This document shows, one piece after another, positions 1 through 9,525 of a stretch of DNA of 64,000 nucleotides. Where the stretch lies: contig JAVLKG010000001.1 of NCBI GenBank assembly GCA_032128875.1, forward strand, positions 224,001 to 288,000. Direction: 5' to 3'. The notes below the pieces were generated by a model that searched no databases, was not told the DNA's origin, and worked only from the letters and a program-made list of their open reading frames with translations. Positions within the stretch are counted from its first letter, which is position 1. Each line of letters opens with the position of its first letter. Made by a program: the position numbers and the translations under genes. This DNA comes from Candidatus Melainabacteria bacterium 17Bon1m (lineage in GTDB: Bacteria; Cyanobacteriota; Vampirovibrionia; Obscuribacterales; Obscuribacteraceae).

Positions 1-443
1 TGCTGTGTGTACTTGTACAAGTACTTCATGTAAGAGTGCGTAGGTGTGCTGTCGAGATAGAAGTAATACTCTTTGACGTCTTCGCCGTGATTGGCTTCGG
101 CATTTGTCAAACCAAATATGCGCTCTTTGATAATCGAATCCTTGCCATTCCACATGCCAAGCGCGAAGCAGAGCAGTTGCTTGTCGTCGCTGATGCCGCC
201 GATGCCGTCTTCTCCCCAGCGGTAAGCCCGGGAGCGGGCGTGTTCGTGGGGAAAGTAGCTCCACGCGTTGCCGTCTTCGCTGTAGTCCTCGCGCACCGTT
301 CCCCACTGGCGCTCACTCAAGTATGGACCCCACTTTTTCCATGGCGTGCCGTTTTCGCGCGCGTCCAGAAGCCGCCTCCTTTCCGCGCTATTGGATGTGG
401 TTTGCGCACCGGCGCCGGGATTCCCAGAGTGTTTGTCAGCCAT
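1..443 (-). CDS. MGH1-like/GH63-related glucosidase, N-terminal part (runs off the window)
   Basis: Manual minus-strand translation from ATG 443: MADKHSG...[21 protein letters not shown]...[12 protein letters not shown]...[35 protein letters not shown] upstream. Absent from the ORF track because it has no stop in the window. Confidence 0.85.
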   Translation of the reverse strand, partial: MADKHSGNPGAGAQTTSNSAERRRLLDARENGTPWKKWGPYLSERQWGTVREDYSEDGNAWSYFPHEHARSRAYRWGEDGIGGISDDKQLLCFALGMWNGKDSIIKERIFGLTNAEANHGEDVKEYYFYLDSTPTHSYMKYLYKYTQ

Positions 444-825
444 CGCTTCCTCTACCTTTGCAGCGGGGGTGAAACAGCATATATAGGTTTATATGACTCC
501 AGTAATGTGCCACACGCGGGATGTCAATCTAATCACCCTCCCACATTAATTGCAGAAATCTTCGCGATTGTTACCTGGGCAACGTTTTGGTTCTTATCCC
601 TTTCAATTTGGCTTCTTATTCCCTTCGATTTTGCAGTCAAGTGGATACCGAATTACTTGAGAGGTAGGTACTCTCTAGAGCTGGATTAAATGCCGGTTTC
701 GGCGAATTTAATCGGTAAATTCTGCAACAAAACGCCTATTTGCAAAGCAGTTAGTACAAATTAGTACTAAAATCCCTGAATTGCCGTTGGGCAAGATTAG
801 CCCCCTCACCGAAGAACGGAAAAAG

Positions 826-1683
826 ATGAAACTCAAACAACTGCCTTTAGCCCTCGCACTTGGAGGTGCACTTATGGTTAGCACTGCTGCATTTGCAGAT
901 ACTGCAAAAATTGAATTCCCTGCAGCCAGCCCGCTCTGCACTATGAAGCAGCGTGTTGGTTTGACTGATGTCGAAATCTCCTACTCCAGACCCGGAGTCA
1001 AAGGGCGCAAGATTTTCGGCGACATGATTCCTTATGGGAAGGTTTGGCGCACTGGCGCTAACGCCGCGACAAAGCTGGTCTTCAGCACGGACGTCAAGCT
1101 CAATGGGCATGATGTTCCTGCCGGTACTTACGCTCTGATGACCATCCCAGGCAAAGACGAGTGGACTGTCATCATCAACAAAGGCTCCGAGCAATGGGGC
1201 AGCTACAAGTATGACGAGAAGAACGATGTCGTCCGCTTCCAGGTCAAGCCAGTCGAGCTTGCTCATTCATTGGAAACGCTGACCTTCGATATCGAGAACA
1301 TCAAAGACGAGTCTGCTGACCTTGATTTGGTCTGGGCAACAACAAAGGTGCCGATCAAATTGGAAGTCAATTTTGTTGATAAGTTGACGAAGCAAATCGA
1401 AGCTGAAATGTCTTCGGACAAAAAAGAAAAGCCGTACTTCCAAGCTGCTAACTTCTGGTTCAACCACGACAAAGATTTGCAGCAAGCGAAGAAGTGGGTC
1501 GACGCGGCGGTTGCCGAGAAAGACGCTTTCTACATCGTGCACTTGCAAGCTAAGATTCTCGCCAAATTGGGCGACAAGGCTGGTGCATTGGCAGCGGCTA
1601 AGCACTCGACCGAACTCGCACAAAAAGCGAATGACACTGCATACGTGAAGCTCAATGAGACTCTCATCAACAGCTTGCAATAA
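826..1683 (+). CDS. DUF2911 domain secreted protein with C-terminal TPR-like helices
   Basis: Signal peptide MKLKQLPLALALGG; motifs QRVGLTDVEISYSRPGVKGRKIFG, PYGKVWRTGANAAT. Confidence 0.85.
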   Translation: MKLKQLPLALALGGALMVSTAAFADTAKIEFPAASPLCTMKQRVGLTDVEISYSRPGVKGRKIFGDMIPYGKVWRTGANAATKLVFSTDVKLNGHDVPAGTYALMTIPGKDEWTVIINKGSEQWGSYKYDEKNDVVRFQVKPVELAHSLETLTFDIENIKDESADLDLVWATTKVPIKLEVNFVDKLTKQIEAEMSSDKKEKPYFQAANFWFNHDKDLQQAKKWVDAAVAEKDAFYIVHLQAKILAKLGDKAGALAAAKHSTELAQKANDTAYVKLNETLINSLQ

Positions 1684-1689
1684 GGTGCG

Positions 1690-4314
1690 ATGAGGTTGTC
1701 CATTAGTTGGTCACTGAATTCGAAAGAGTGGCGTTGTGCATTCATCTCTTTGATGTGCGCGACGTCACTCTTTTCGAGTGTAGCGCAGAGCTATGCGGCG
1801 GTGCCCGAGGGAAGCTCGACCAACGCTGTTTCAAAAACTGTTTCTAAATCCAGCTCTGCTTTAGGAGTCAAGATGAAGAGTGATTCTCCCCAAGCGATTC
1901 TGCACGAACTGGAAAGTTTTCGGCAGATGGGCAGCGTGTTGTACATTGCCGCCCATCCCGACGATGAAAACACCGAGTTGCTTGCGTATCTAGCACGCGG
2001 GCGTAATTACCGAACCGCATACTTGTCTTTGACTCGTGGCGATGGTGGGCAGAATGTTTTGGGTGCAGATCTTGGTGCGAAACTCGGCGTCGCTCGCACG
2101 CAGGAGCTTTTGGCTGCAAGGCAGATTGATGGTGCGCAGCAATTTTTCTCGCGCGCCAAAGATTATGGATTTTCAAAAAACTATCTGGAAACGATGGAAG
2201 TCTGGGACAAGCAAGAAGTGCTGTCCGACATTGTTCGCGTGATTCGAACCTTTCGACCTGATGTGTTGATTACGCGCTTTTCGCCCAGCCCTGGTGGAAC
2301 TCACGGGCACCACACAACTTCCACAATTTTGGCGATGGAAGCATTCAAACTCGCCGGTGATGCAAATGCTTTTCCCGAGCAGAAGTTGGAGCCGTGGCAA
2401 CCGAAGCGAATCTTCTGGAATGCCTCTATCTGGCAGAAAGACAAAATAACTGACCAGACGGTTTGGAAGATTGATGCAACAGGCAATGATCCTGTTTCTG
2501 GTGAGAGCTTCCATTCAATCGCGAGCGAGAGCCGGGCGATGCACAAGACCCAAGGGTTTGATACTTTCAAGCTGCCTGGTGGTAATGGTGAAAAACGGCT
2601 TGAGTCCTTTCAGCTTTTAGATGGTGCCTCTATCGAGAAAGACATCATGGATGGTGTCGACACGAGTTGGCATCGTGTCAATGGTGGCGATGCAATTGAG
2701 AAATCAGCCAGCGAGATAATCGCGAAATTTGATATCAATGATCCAGCAAAGAGCGTTGGGGCTGTGTTGGAATTGCGCAAGCAACTGGCACAACTAATGC
2801 AGACGCCGGCTAATAGCAATGATGTTGTCTTAAAAGAGAAAGCCGAGCTTCTTGATCGTATTTTGCGGTCATGCATTGGATTGAGTTTTGAGACCACAAT
2901 TGCAAATGCGGAGATGGTTCCTGGCGAGTCAATGAAGATGCACTTGTCGGCATGGCTTAAGTCGAAATTACCTGACAAATTGCAAGTAAAATGGCTTGAT
3001 GTGCAGTTTCCCAAACTAGGCGCTAGCGACAGCACTCTTAAGGTGAATCAGACACTTGATCAACCGAGAAGCGTAGAAACTACAAAAATTCTCCCTGCAC
3101 AAACACCTCTAACTCAGCCATATTGGTTGACTTCCGAAGGGACGCCGGGAATGTTTCATGTTGATGTTCCTGCTTTGATCGGAACCGCCGAGAATTCTCC
3201 TGCGTTCCCCGTGTATGGAACCTTCCAAATTGCGGATCAAACATTGGTAGTTCATGATGAACCGCTGCAAGTGTCTACGGATTCGTTGGGTAACCGCATT
3301 CGACGTCGACTTGATGTGATACCGCCAGTCTCGTTGCATTTCCTCTCGGACGTTATAGTGATGAAGCCGGGAATGACGCGGTCTGTGGAAGTAGAGTTAC
3401 GTTCGTCGCGCGCTAATACAAAGGGCTCTCTGGAGCTGGAAGCACCTTCAGATTGGAAGATAGATCCGAAGAAGCAAACATTCAATCTAGCTGATGTGGG
3501 CGAAACCGCGAAGTTCACTTTCACTGTCACAGCGCCGAATAATGCAGCGACAACTAAGATAACGGCAAGTGCAGAAGTCGATGGCGAGCGCTATCACAAT
3601 CAAAGACAAATCGTGAGCTATGCACATTTGCCGCGCCAGCTCTTGCAACCACCCGCGGTGATGAATGCTGTCAGCTTTGATCTTGCTACTCGCGGACATA
3701 CTATTGGATACCTGCCTGGTGCCGGTGACAGTCTTGTGGAAAACCTGCAGCAGATGGGCTACGCAGTGAAAATCCTCGATGATGCCAATCTAACGGCTAA
3801 GGAGCTCGAGGGGGTCGATGCCGTAGTTATTGGTGTAAGAGCATTCAATGTGCGCAACAACATTGCTAAGGCTATGCCTGCGCTCTTCACTTATATTGAA
3901 AATGGTGGCACGGTAATTGCGCAATACAATCGGCACGACAAATTGAAGGTCGAGAAAATAGCGCCATACGAGTTGCACATTTCCAATGATCGTGTCACCG
4001 ATGAAAAGGCTCCCGTAACATTCCTTGCGCCGGACAATCCTATTTTGAATACGCCAAACAAAATCACGAATGCTGACTTTGAAGGCTGGGTTCAGGAGCG
4101 CGGATTATATTTCCCAAATCAATGGGATGAACACTTTACGCCAATCTTGGCCTTCAGCGACAAGGGCGAACTTCCGCATGCCGGCGGTCTTCTTGCCGCT
4201 CAGTACGGCAAGGGTTATTACATCTACACGGGGCTCGGATTCTTCCGACAGCTTCCAGCAGGCGTACCGGGTGCGTATCGCTTGTTTGCGAATATGGTTT
4301 CGCTAGGGAAGTAG
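1690..4314 (+). CDS. Secreted PIG-L/LmbE family deacetylase with C-terminal Ig-like (NEW3-like) and GATase-like domains
   Basis: AAHPDDE metal motif, LTRGDGGQN, RTQELLAAR, THGHH; C-terminal IGYLPGAGD, GWVQERGLYF, FFRQLPAGVPGAYRL; signal-like N-terminus. Confidence 0.85.
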   Translation: MRLSISWSLNSKEWRCAFISLMCATSLFSSVAQSYAAVPEGSSTNAVSKTVSKSSSALGVKMKSDSPQAILHELESFRQMGSVLYIAAHPDDENTELLAYLARGRNYRTAYLSLTRGDGGQNVLGADLGAKLGVARTQELLAARQIDGAQQFFSRAKDYGFSKNYLETMEVWDKQEVLSDIVRVIRTFRPDVLITRFSPSPGGTHGHHTTSTILAMEAFKLAGDANAFPEQKLEPWQPKRIFWNASIWQKDKITDQTVWKIDATGNDPVSGESFHSIASESRAMHKTQGFDTFKLPGGNGEKRLESFQLLDGASIEKDIMDGVDTSWHRVNGGDAIEKSASEIIAKFDINDPAKSVGAVLELRKQLAQLMQTPANSNDVVLKEKAELLDRILRSCIGLSFETTIANAEMVPGESMKMHLSAWLKSKLPDKLQVKWLDVQFPKLGASDSTLKVNQTLDQPRSVETTKILPAQTPLTQPYWLTSEGTPGMFHVDVPALIGTAENSPAFPVYGTFQIADQTLVVHDEPLQVSTDSLGNRIRRRLDVIPPVSLHFLSDVIVMKPGMTRSVEVELRSSRANTKGSLELEAPSDWKIDPKKQTFNLADVGETAKFTFTVTAPNNAATTKITASAEVDGERYHNQRQIVSYAHLPRQLLQPPAVMNAVSFDLATRGHTIGYLPGAGDSLVENLQQMGYAVKILDDANLTAKELEGVDAVVIGVRAFNVRNNIAKAMPALFTYIENGGTVIAQYNRHDKLKVEKIAPYELHISNDRVTDEKAPVTFLAPDNPILNTPNKITNADFEGWVQERGLYFPNQWDEHFTPILAFSDKGELPHAGGLLAAQYGKGYYIYTGLGFFRQLPAGVPGAYRLFANMVSLGK

Positions 4315-4315
4315 C

Positions 4316-6196
4316 ATGAACGGGCTGGACATATTCGTACTCATAGTGTCCATCTGCGCAATCGCATTGTATGGGGTCTGGCACACCAGAAATCGTCGCG
4401 ACCTCGATAGCTATCTCAAAGGAAGTGACCACACACCTTGGTGGGTAATCGGTATATCGGTAATGGCTACACAAGCCAGCGCGATCACCTTTTTGTCCAC
4501 CCCAGGGCAAGGATATCTTGGCGGATTGAGCTTCCTGCAAGTTTATTTTGGTGTTCCGATTGCGATGATAATCATCGCCGCCTGTTTTCTGCCGATCTTT
4601 CACAAACTACATGTCTATACAGCATACGAATATCTGGAGAAGCGTTTCGATCGCAAGACGCGTTTGTTCGGCGCAGGGCTGTTTCTCTTGCAGCGGGGCA
4701 TTGGAGCCGGTCTGACTATTTATGCTCCTGCGATTGTTTTGTCGACAGTATTCGGTTGGTCCTTGCCGCTGACCATCGTAGCGTGCGGACTTATCGCTAC
4801 TGCCTACACCGTATTTGGTGGTACCGATGCGGTTACTGTTACACAGAAGTATCAGATGGCTGTGATTTTTCTTGGTATGACGACTGCTGCAGGCATTTTG
4901 CTCTCGAAGCTTCCTGATGGTCTGACTTTCTTCGATGCGATGAATGTTGCCGGCGGATTTCAAAAGCTGAACGCTGTCAATTTGTCGCCAAGTTTGCACG
5001 AGCGGTATACGGTGTGGTCGGGATTGCTCGGCGGAACCTTCTTGATGCTGTCTTATTTTGGCGCAGATCAATCGCAGGTTCAGCGCTACCTTTCTGGGGA
5101 TTCTCTGCGTGAAAGCCGGCTTGGCTTGATGTTTAACGCGGTCTGCAAAATTCCCATGCAACTGTGTATCTTGATGCTTGGTGTGATGATGTTCGTGTTT
5201 TATCAATTCGAGCGACCGCCGCTGTTCTTTGACTCCGCTGCAAATAATTTTCTCGAGAGTCATCGAGGCGATGCTGTAGTTGCTAAGCAATTGGTTGGGT
5301 ATGAAGCCGAATTCAATAATCTGCACGATCAGGGCAAGCAGCACCTCATAAGTTGGTTGGCTGCGAAGCGCCGAGGAGATGAAAGCACTGCGACCGCTGA
5401 GTTTGTCAGTGCGGCAGTGACCCAGCAAGCAGGTGAGAAAGTGCGGTTGGCGGCGGCAAATGAGGTGACGCAGCTTCAAGCGCAAGGTGTTAGTGCTAAC
5501 ACTGCAATTGAGAAATCCACTGCAACTGAGAGATCCATTGCAACTGAGAGATCCATTGCAACGAAGGAGACTTCTGGCACGCCTTCTGAAAAGCCAGACT
5601 CCAAGAAAAGTAAATCTGTCTCTGCCACCAGTGCGGACTATGTTTTCATAACATTTATATTGCGTGAGCTCCCGCATGGTGCCATTGGTTTGTTGGTCGC
5701 GGCGTTCTTTGCCGCTGCTCTTTCGTCTAAGGCTGCGGAGTTGAATGCGTTAGGAACCTGTACCACCATAGACTTCTATCGATTGTTGATAAAACGCGAC
5801 GCCACCGATGCTGAGTCATTAGTGGCGTCGAAGCTTTTTACGGCTTTCTGGGGCGTTGTCGCTGTCTTCATTGCACTTTACGCACAGCTCTCTGAGAATC
5901 TCATTCAAGCGGTAAACATCCTTGGGTCAATTTTTTATGGTGTGCTGCTTGCGCTGTTCATCGTTGGTTTTTTCTTAAAGCGTGTTGGTGGCACCGCCCT
6001 ATTCTGGTCGGCGGTGATATCACAAACGCTGGTTTGCGTCTTGTACTTCAACCTGACGATTTCGTATCTCTGGTATCCGCTGATTGGTTGTGGCACCTGC
6101 GTGGTGATTAGTCTGCTTCTTCAGCTTGTTTTTGGTAACAACAATAAAAGCCGCAAGGATGCGGCCGTTCGTGGCGAGGTAGTGGAGGCGGCATGA
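4316..6196 (+). CDS. Sodium:solute symporter family transporter
   Basis: Many TM helices; SVMATQASAITFLSTPGQGY, YTAYEYLEKRF, SYFGADQSQVQRYL. Confidence 0.9.
   Translation: MNGLDIFVLIVSICAIALYGVWHTRNRRDLDSYLKGSDHTPWWVIGISVMATQASAITFLSTPGQGYLGGLSFLQVYFGVPIAMIIIAACFLPIFHKLHVYTAYEYLEKRFDRKTRLFGAGLFLLQRGIGAGLTIYAPAIVLSTVFGWSLPLTIVACGLIATAYTVFGGTDAVTVTQKYQMAVIFLGMTTAAGILLSKLPDGLTFFDAMNVAGGFQKLNAVNLSPSLHERYTVWSGLLGGTFLMLSYFGADQSQVQRYLSGDSLRESRLGLMFNAVCKIPMQLCILMLGVMMFVFYQFERPPLFFDSAANNFLESHRGDAVVAKQLVGYEAEFNNLHDQGKQHLISWLAAKRRGDESTATAEFVSAAVTQQAGEKVRLAAANEVTQLQAQGVSANTAIEKSTATERSIATERSIATKETSGTPSEKPDSKKSKSVSATSADYVFITFILRELPHGAIGLLVAAFFAAALSSKAAELNALGTCTTIDFYRLLIKRDATDAESLVASKLFTAFWGVVAVFIALYAQLSENLIQAVNILGSIFYGVLLALFIVGFFLKRVGGTALFWSAVISQTLVCVLYFNLTISYLWYPLIGCGTCVVISLLLQLVFGNNNKSRKDAAVRGEVVEAA
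5503..5563 (+). repeat. In-frame 18-bp tandem repeat in the symporter loop (AIEKST-ATERSI-ATERSI)
   Basis: TGCAACTGAGAGATCCAT x2 plus degenerate flanking copies. Confidence 0.85.
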
Positions 6197-6996
6197 CTTC
6201 TCCTGTTATATGTTTTGGGCAACAACCGTGTGGATTTTATCCGAAGCGGTTTTTGGTATCGAAGATTTTTACTGCACGGAGATTGCAGAAAGAGATCGGC
6301 GGCAAGATAGTATTTTTCTATCATGACAGCGATCACGATCCACGTGAGACGCGCACCATTCTGCGCCACCGCACTACAAATGATCCTGCGCAGCTCAACT
6401 TCACTTTCGAGAACAAAACGCAGCGAAAGTTCTCACCACTTTATGCAAAACGAATTCCAGGCGGTTGGCAAGAAAAGACGATTTTGCAGTTACCAAATTA
6501 CATCGACCACCCATTGATCAATATTTTCAAAGCGACGCACGTAAGTAACGTTGCTGATTTCTGCTTAGAAATGTATCGAGGCATGGGGCTGCTTGAAGGT
6601 ATTGAAGTTGTCAGATCCGGTAGCCCTGAATTCCGTCGCAGCGCCTGTGATATTACTGATTTCTATGTGGATGTTAATTACGACAACGAGATCGTCCGCG
6701 CGCGTGTTGCCGGAAACGTTCTAAAGTTGCATGAAGGCGGCAATGCATTTATCGAGCTGCCTATGGTGCCGTTTTCGAAAGAACAAATCAATCCGACGCG
6801 CGATACTCGTTTGCGCTGGATGCAGTCTGTGATTCATTGCACGCATTATATTGCGGGGGCGGGAGAGCAGGCATATTTGCACAAGGACGAAGCGCCTGAA
6901 ATTGAATTCGTAACACGGGATGAAATAGATTTGTCCGATGAGGCTTACGTAGAACTGCCATCGTCTAGTAAGAAGGAGGAAACTATTGAACATTAG
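6193..6996 (+). CDS. Compact BshC-like protein (putative bacillithiol cysteine-adding enzyme)
   Basis: GQQ, VFFYHDSDHD and YIAGAGEQAY resemble BshC GQQ, VFW..SEDHD and YIGGPGEIAY; lies directly upstream of bshB1-bshA. Confidence 0.6.
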   Translation: MTSPVICFGQQPCGFYPKRFLVSKIFTARRLQKEIGGKIVFFYHDSDHDPRETRTILRHRTTNDPAQLNFTFENKTQRKFSPLYAKRIPGGWQEKTILQLPNYIDHPLINIFKATHVSNVADFCLEMYRGMGLLEGIEVVRSGSPEFRRSACDITDFYVDVNYDNEIVRARVAGNVLKLHEGGNAFIELPMVPFSKEQINPTRDTRLRWMQSVIHCTHYIAGAGEQAYLHKDEAPEIEFVTRDEIDLSDEAYVELPSSSKKEETIEH

Positions 6997-7052
6997 TGAT
7001 ACCATCTTCTCAAGCGTTGTGTCGGATTTTGAGATTTCAGAGGAGGAGAGAA

Positions 7053-7772
7053 TTGAACGAAATTAGTTCTGCTCCTGTGTTGGCTTTTGGTGCGCATCCC
7101 GATGACATTGAGTTCGGCTGTGGAGGCGTGCTTGCGGTCGAGTCGCGCAAGGGACGTAGTGTACATTGCGTAATTTGCTCATTGGGCGAAGCCGCTTCCA
7201 ATGGCACTCCGGAAGGACGCCGTGCGGAATCTATCGCGGCGACCGAATGCCTCGGTGCAACTGTAGAATTCGTTGCGCTGGATGGTGACGCGAAATTAGA
7301 AATTCGCGCAGAACACACCCTCAAACTGGCTGAAGTAATTCGTCGTGTCCGACCATCTACTGTATTAGCGACAACTTGCTTTGAAAATCAACATCCCGAT
7401 CACTGGCGACTGGGAAAGATTGTTCGCGATGCTGCTCGCGTTGCGAGATATGGTGGATTAAAGGATGTGCAAGGCGAACCCCACGCAATCGGGCAGTTGT
7501 TCTATTACGCCGTAACGCCAGAAGGCGAACCTAACAATATTCATCCGATTTTGATCGATGTTTCTTCCTCAGACGTTGTGAATTCGTGGACTGCCGCAAT
7601 GGGCGCGCATGCCTCACAAGGTGCGACGCGCAATTACATTGATTTGCAATTGAATCGGGCTAGGGTTTGGGGTGCGCGCGCCGGCGTCGAATATGCTATG
7701 GCGCTGTTCCCGAATGATCCGCTGATGTTTGAATCGCTCGCTCAGGCGGGTAAAGGAGCGCGAAATTTCTAG
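7053..7772 (+). CDS. bshB1: Bacillithiol biosynthesis deacetylase BshB1-like (PIG-L family)
   Basis: AFGAHPDDIEFGCGG, LGEAASNGTPEGRRAE, QHPDH; AGGAGG RBS before TTG 7053; adjacent to bshA. Confidence 0.75.
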   Translation: MNEISSAPVLAFGAHPDDIEFGCGGVLAVESRKGRSVHCVICSLGEAASNGTPEGRRAESIAATECLGATVEFVALDGDAKLEIRAEHTLKLAEVIRRVRPSTVLATTCFENQHPDHWRLGKIVRDAARVARYGGLKDVQGEPHAIGQLFYYAVTPEGEPNNIHPILIDVSSSDVVNSWTAAMGAHASQGATRNYIDLQLNRARVWGARAGVEYAMALFPNDPLMFESLAQAGKGARNF

Positions 7773-8963
7773 GTGTCAAAGAATAATTCCAAATCGGATG
7801 CATTGAGAATTGGTATCACGTGCTACCCCACGGTTGGTGGCAGCGGTGTGGTGGCGACTACGCTTGGAATTGAACTTGCTCAGCGCGGACACGAGGTTCA
7901 CTTCATCAGCTATGAACGCCCATTTCGCTTGCCCGAAAATTCCTCTCGAATACATTTCCACCAGGTCTGTGTCAACGACTATGGTTTGTTCAAATATCCC
8001 GACTACACCTTGCCACTTTCCGTAGCAATGGCTAGTGTCAGTTGCAAGCACAATCTCGACATCTTGCACGTACACTACGCGGTACCGCACGCGACCGCAG
8101 CTTTGCTTTCGCGCTGCATGTTGCCTCCCGACAAACAACCTCGCATCGTCACAACATTGCACGGCACCGACACGACATTGCTAGGCGCAGACCCAGGGTA
8201 TGGTCCGGCAATTCACCACGCATTAATTCAGTCCGATGCGGTGACTACAGTGTCCGATTGGTTGAAATCAGAAACCAAACGAGTGATTGGATTTGACGGG
8301 GCAATGGAAGTTATTCACAACTTTTACGAGCCTGGCAAACCGTCGCGTACACGCGAAGCTGTTCGTCAGGACCTGGGAGTTGGTGATGAAGTCTTGATAC
8401 TTCACTCGTCCAACTTGCGACCACTCAAACGCATTGATTTATTGCTTGAATCTGTGGCGAAGATTCGCGACAGAAATTCATTCAAATTGTTGATTTTGGC
8501 GGGTGGTGATTTCAAACAATTCAGTGCCGATGTAAAACGTCTTGGATTGGAAGATCGCATTGTAGTTCGTGAAAACGTTCTGGAGATAGAAGAATACTTA
8601 CAGGCTGCCGACCTCGCTTTGTACACATCGGAAAGCGAGAGCTTTTGCCTGAGTATTTTGGAAGCAATGTTCTTTGGTTGTCCCAGCGTTGCAACGAATG
8701 TCGGCGGAATTCCAGAAGTTATTGATGATGGAGAGACTGGAATACTGGTGCCTTTTGGAAACGCTGATGCAATTGCGGAAGCATTGGAAGACCTGATCTT
8801 GGATAAGGCAAAACGTCAGCGCTTCGGCGAGAATGCTCGCAAGGAAGCGCAGCGTCGATTCTCTGCGGATGCAATCATCCATCGTTACGAAGAGCTGTAT
8901 CGTCGATTGCTTTGCTCGCCGCCATCGGTTGCCGTTGGAGAAGTTGTTGAAGGATGTCGCTAG
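7773..8963 (+). CDS. bshA: N-acetyl-alpha-D-glucosaminyl L-malate synthase BshA (GT4)
   Basis: IGITCYPTVGGSGVVAT, HEVHFISYERPFRL, HVHYAVPHA, TTLHGTD, SESESF..LEAM. Confidence 0.9.
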   Translation: MSKNNSKSDALRIGITCYPTVGGSGVVATTLGIELAQRGHEVHFISYERPFRLPENSSRIHFHQVCVNDYGLFKYPDYTLPLSVAMASVSCKHNLDILHVHYAVPHATAALLSRCMLPPDKQPRIVTTLHGTDTTLLGADPGYGPAIHHALIQSDAVTTVSDWLKSETKRVIGFDGAMEVIHNFYEPGKPSRTREAVRQDLGVGDEVLILHSSNLRPLKRIDLLLESVAKIRDRNSFKLLILAGGDFKQFSADVKRLGLEDRIVVRENVLEIEEYLQAADLALYTSESESFCLSILEAMFFGCPSVATNVGGIPEVIDDGETGILVPFGNADAIAEALEDLILDKAKRQRFGENARKEAQRRFSADAIIHRYEELYRRLLCSPPSVAVGEVVEGCR

Positions 8964-9055
8964 CAAGGCGCAACCGTCGCTAAAAAGCGAGAACTGGTTG
9001 AATGTGCGAACAGTTACAATTGGTTCCTAACTCAGTAGAGGACTTCTAGCAACTA

Positions 9056-9463
9056 ATGGATGACCCTACGGCAGTGAAGATAGATGTTATTGCTGCCGTG
9101 GTGCGTCGCGATGGGAAGTTTTTGGTATGCCAACGCCCGCCCGAGAAAAGGCACGGCAATCTCTGGGAATTCCCAGGTGGCAAGCTAGAACCTGGTGAGT
9201 CATTCCTTGCTGCGGCTCAACGCGAACTTAATGAAGAACTGACTCTAACCGTCACTTCGATTGGTGAAATTCGGTTCAAATCGCAAGATCCCGGCTCAAA
9301 TTTCGTCGTCAATTTTGTTGATGTTGTCGCTGACGGCATTCCACAAGCAATCGAGCACAGTCAAGTTGATTGGTTCACCGTGAGTGAATTGCTCACGCTG
9401 CAACTCGCTCCAAGCGATCGACAATTTGCCGAGTTTCTCGTCCGCGATAACCTTTACGGTTAA
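9056..9463 (+). CDS. MutT-like NUDIX hydrolase
   Basis: WEFPGGKLEPGESFLAAAQRELNEEL Nudix box. Confidence 0.9.
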   Translation: MDDPTAVKIDVIAAVVRRDGKFLVCQRPPEKRHGNLWEFPGGKLEPGESFLAAAQRELNEELTLTVTSIGEIRFKSQDPGSNFVVNFVDVVADGIPQAIEHSQVDWFTVSELLTLQLAPSDRQFAEFLVRDNLYG

Positions 9464-9525
9464 AGCGTGGGGGCGCGTTGCACGCGCCCACTATTTGTGA
9501 GGGCGATGCATTGTATCGCCCCTAC
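9464..9525. repeat. REP-like palindrome pair (GTAG/GTGG-GGGCG family)
   Basis: AGCGTGGGGGCGCGTTGCACGCGCCC and GGGCGATGCATTGTATCGCCCCTAC between convergent genes. Confidence 0.75.

Noticed and set aside
36-689. 217-aa plus-strand ORF
   Set aside because: Antisense shadow of the minus-strand glucosidase gene, which has recognisable motifs
4607-5677. 356-aa minus-strand ORF
   Set aside because: Lies wholly antisense to the symporter and has no motifs
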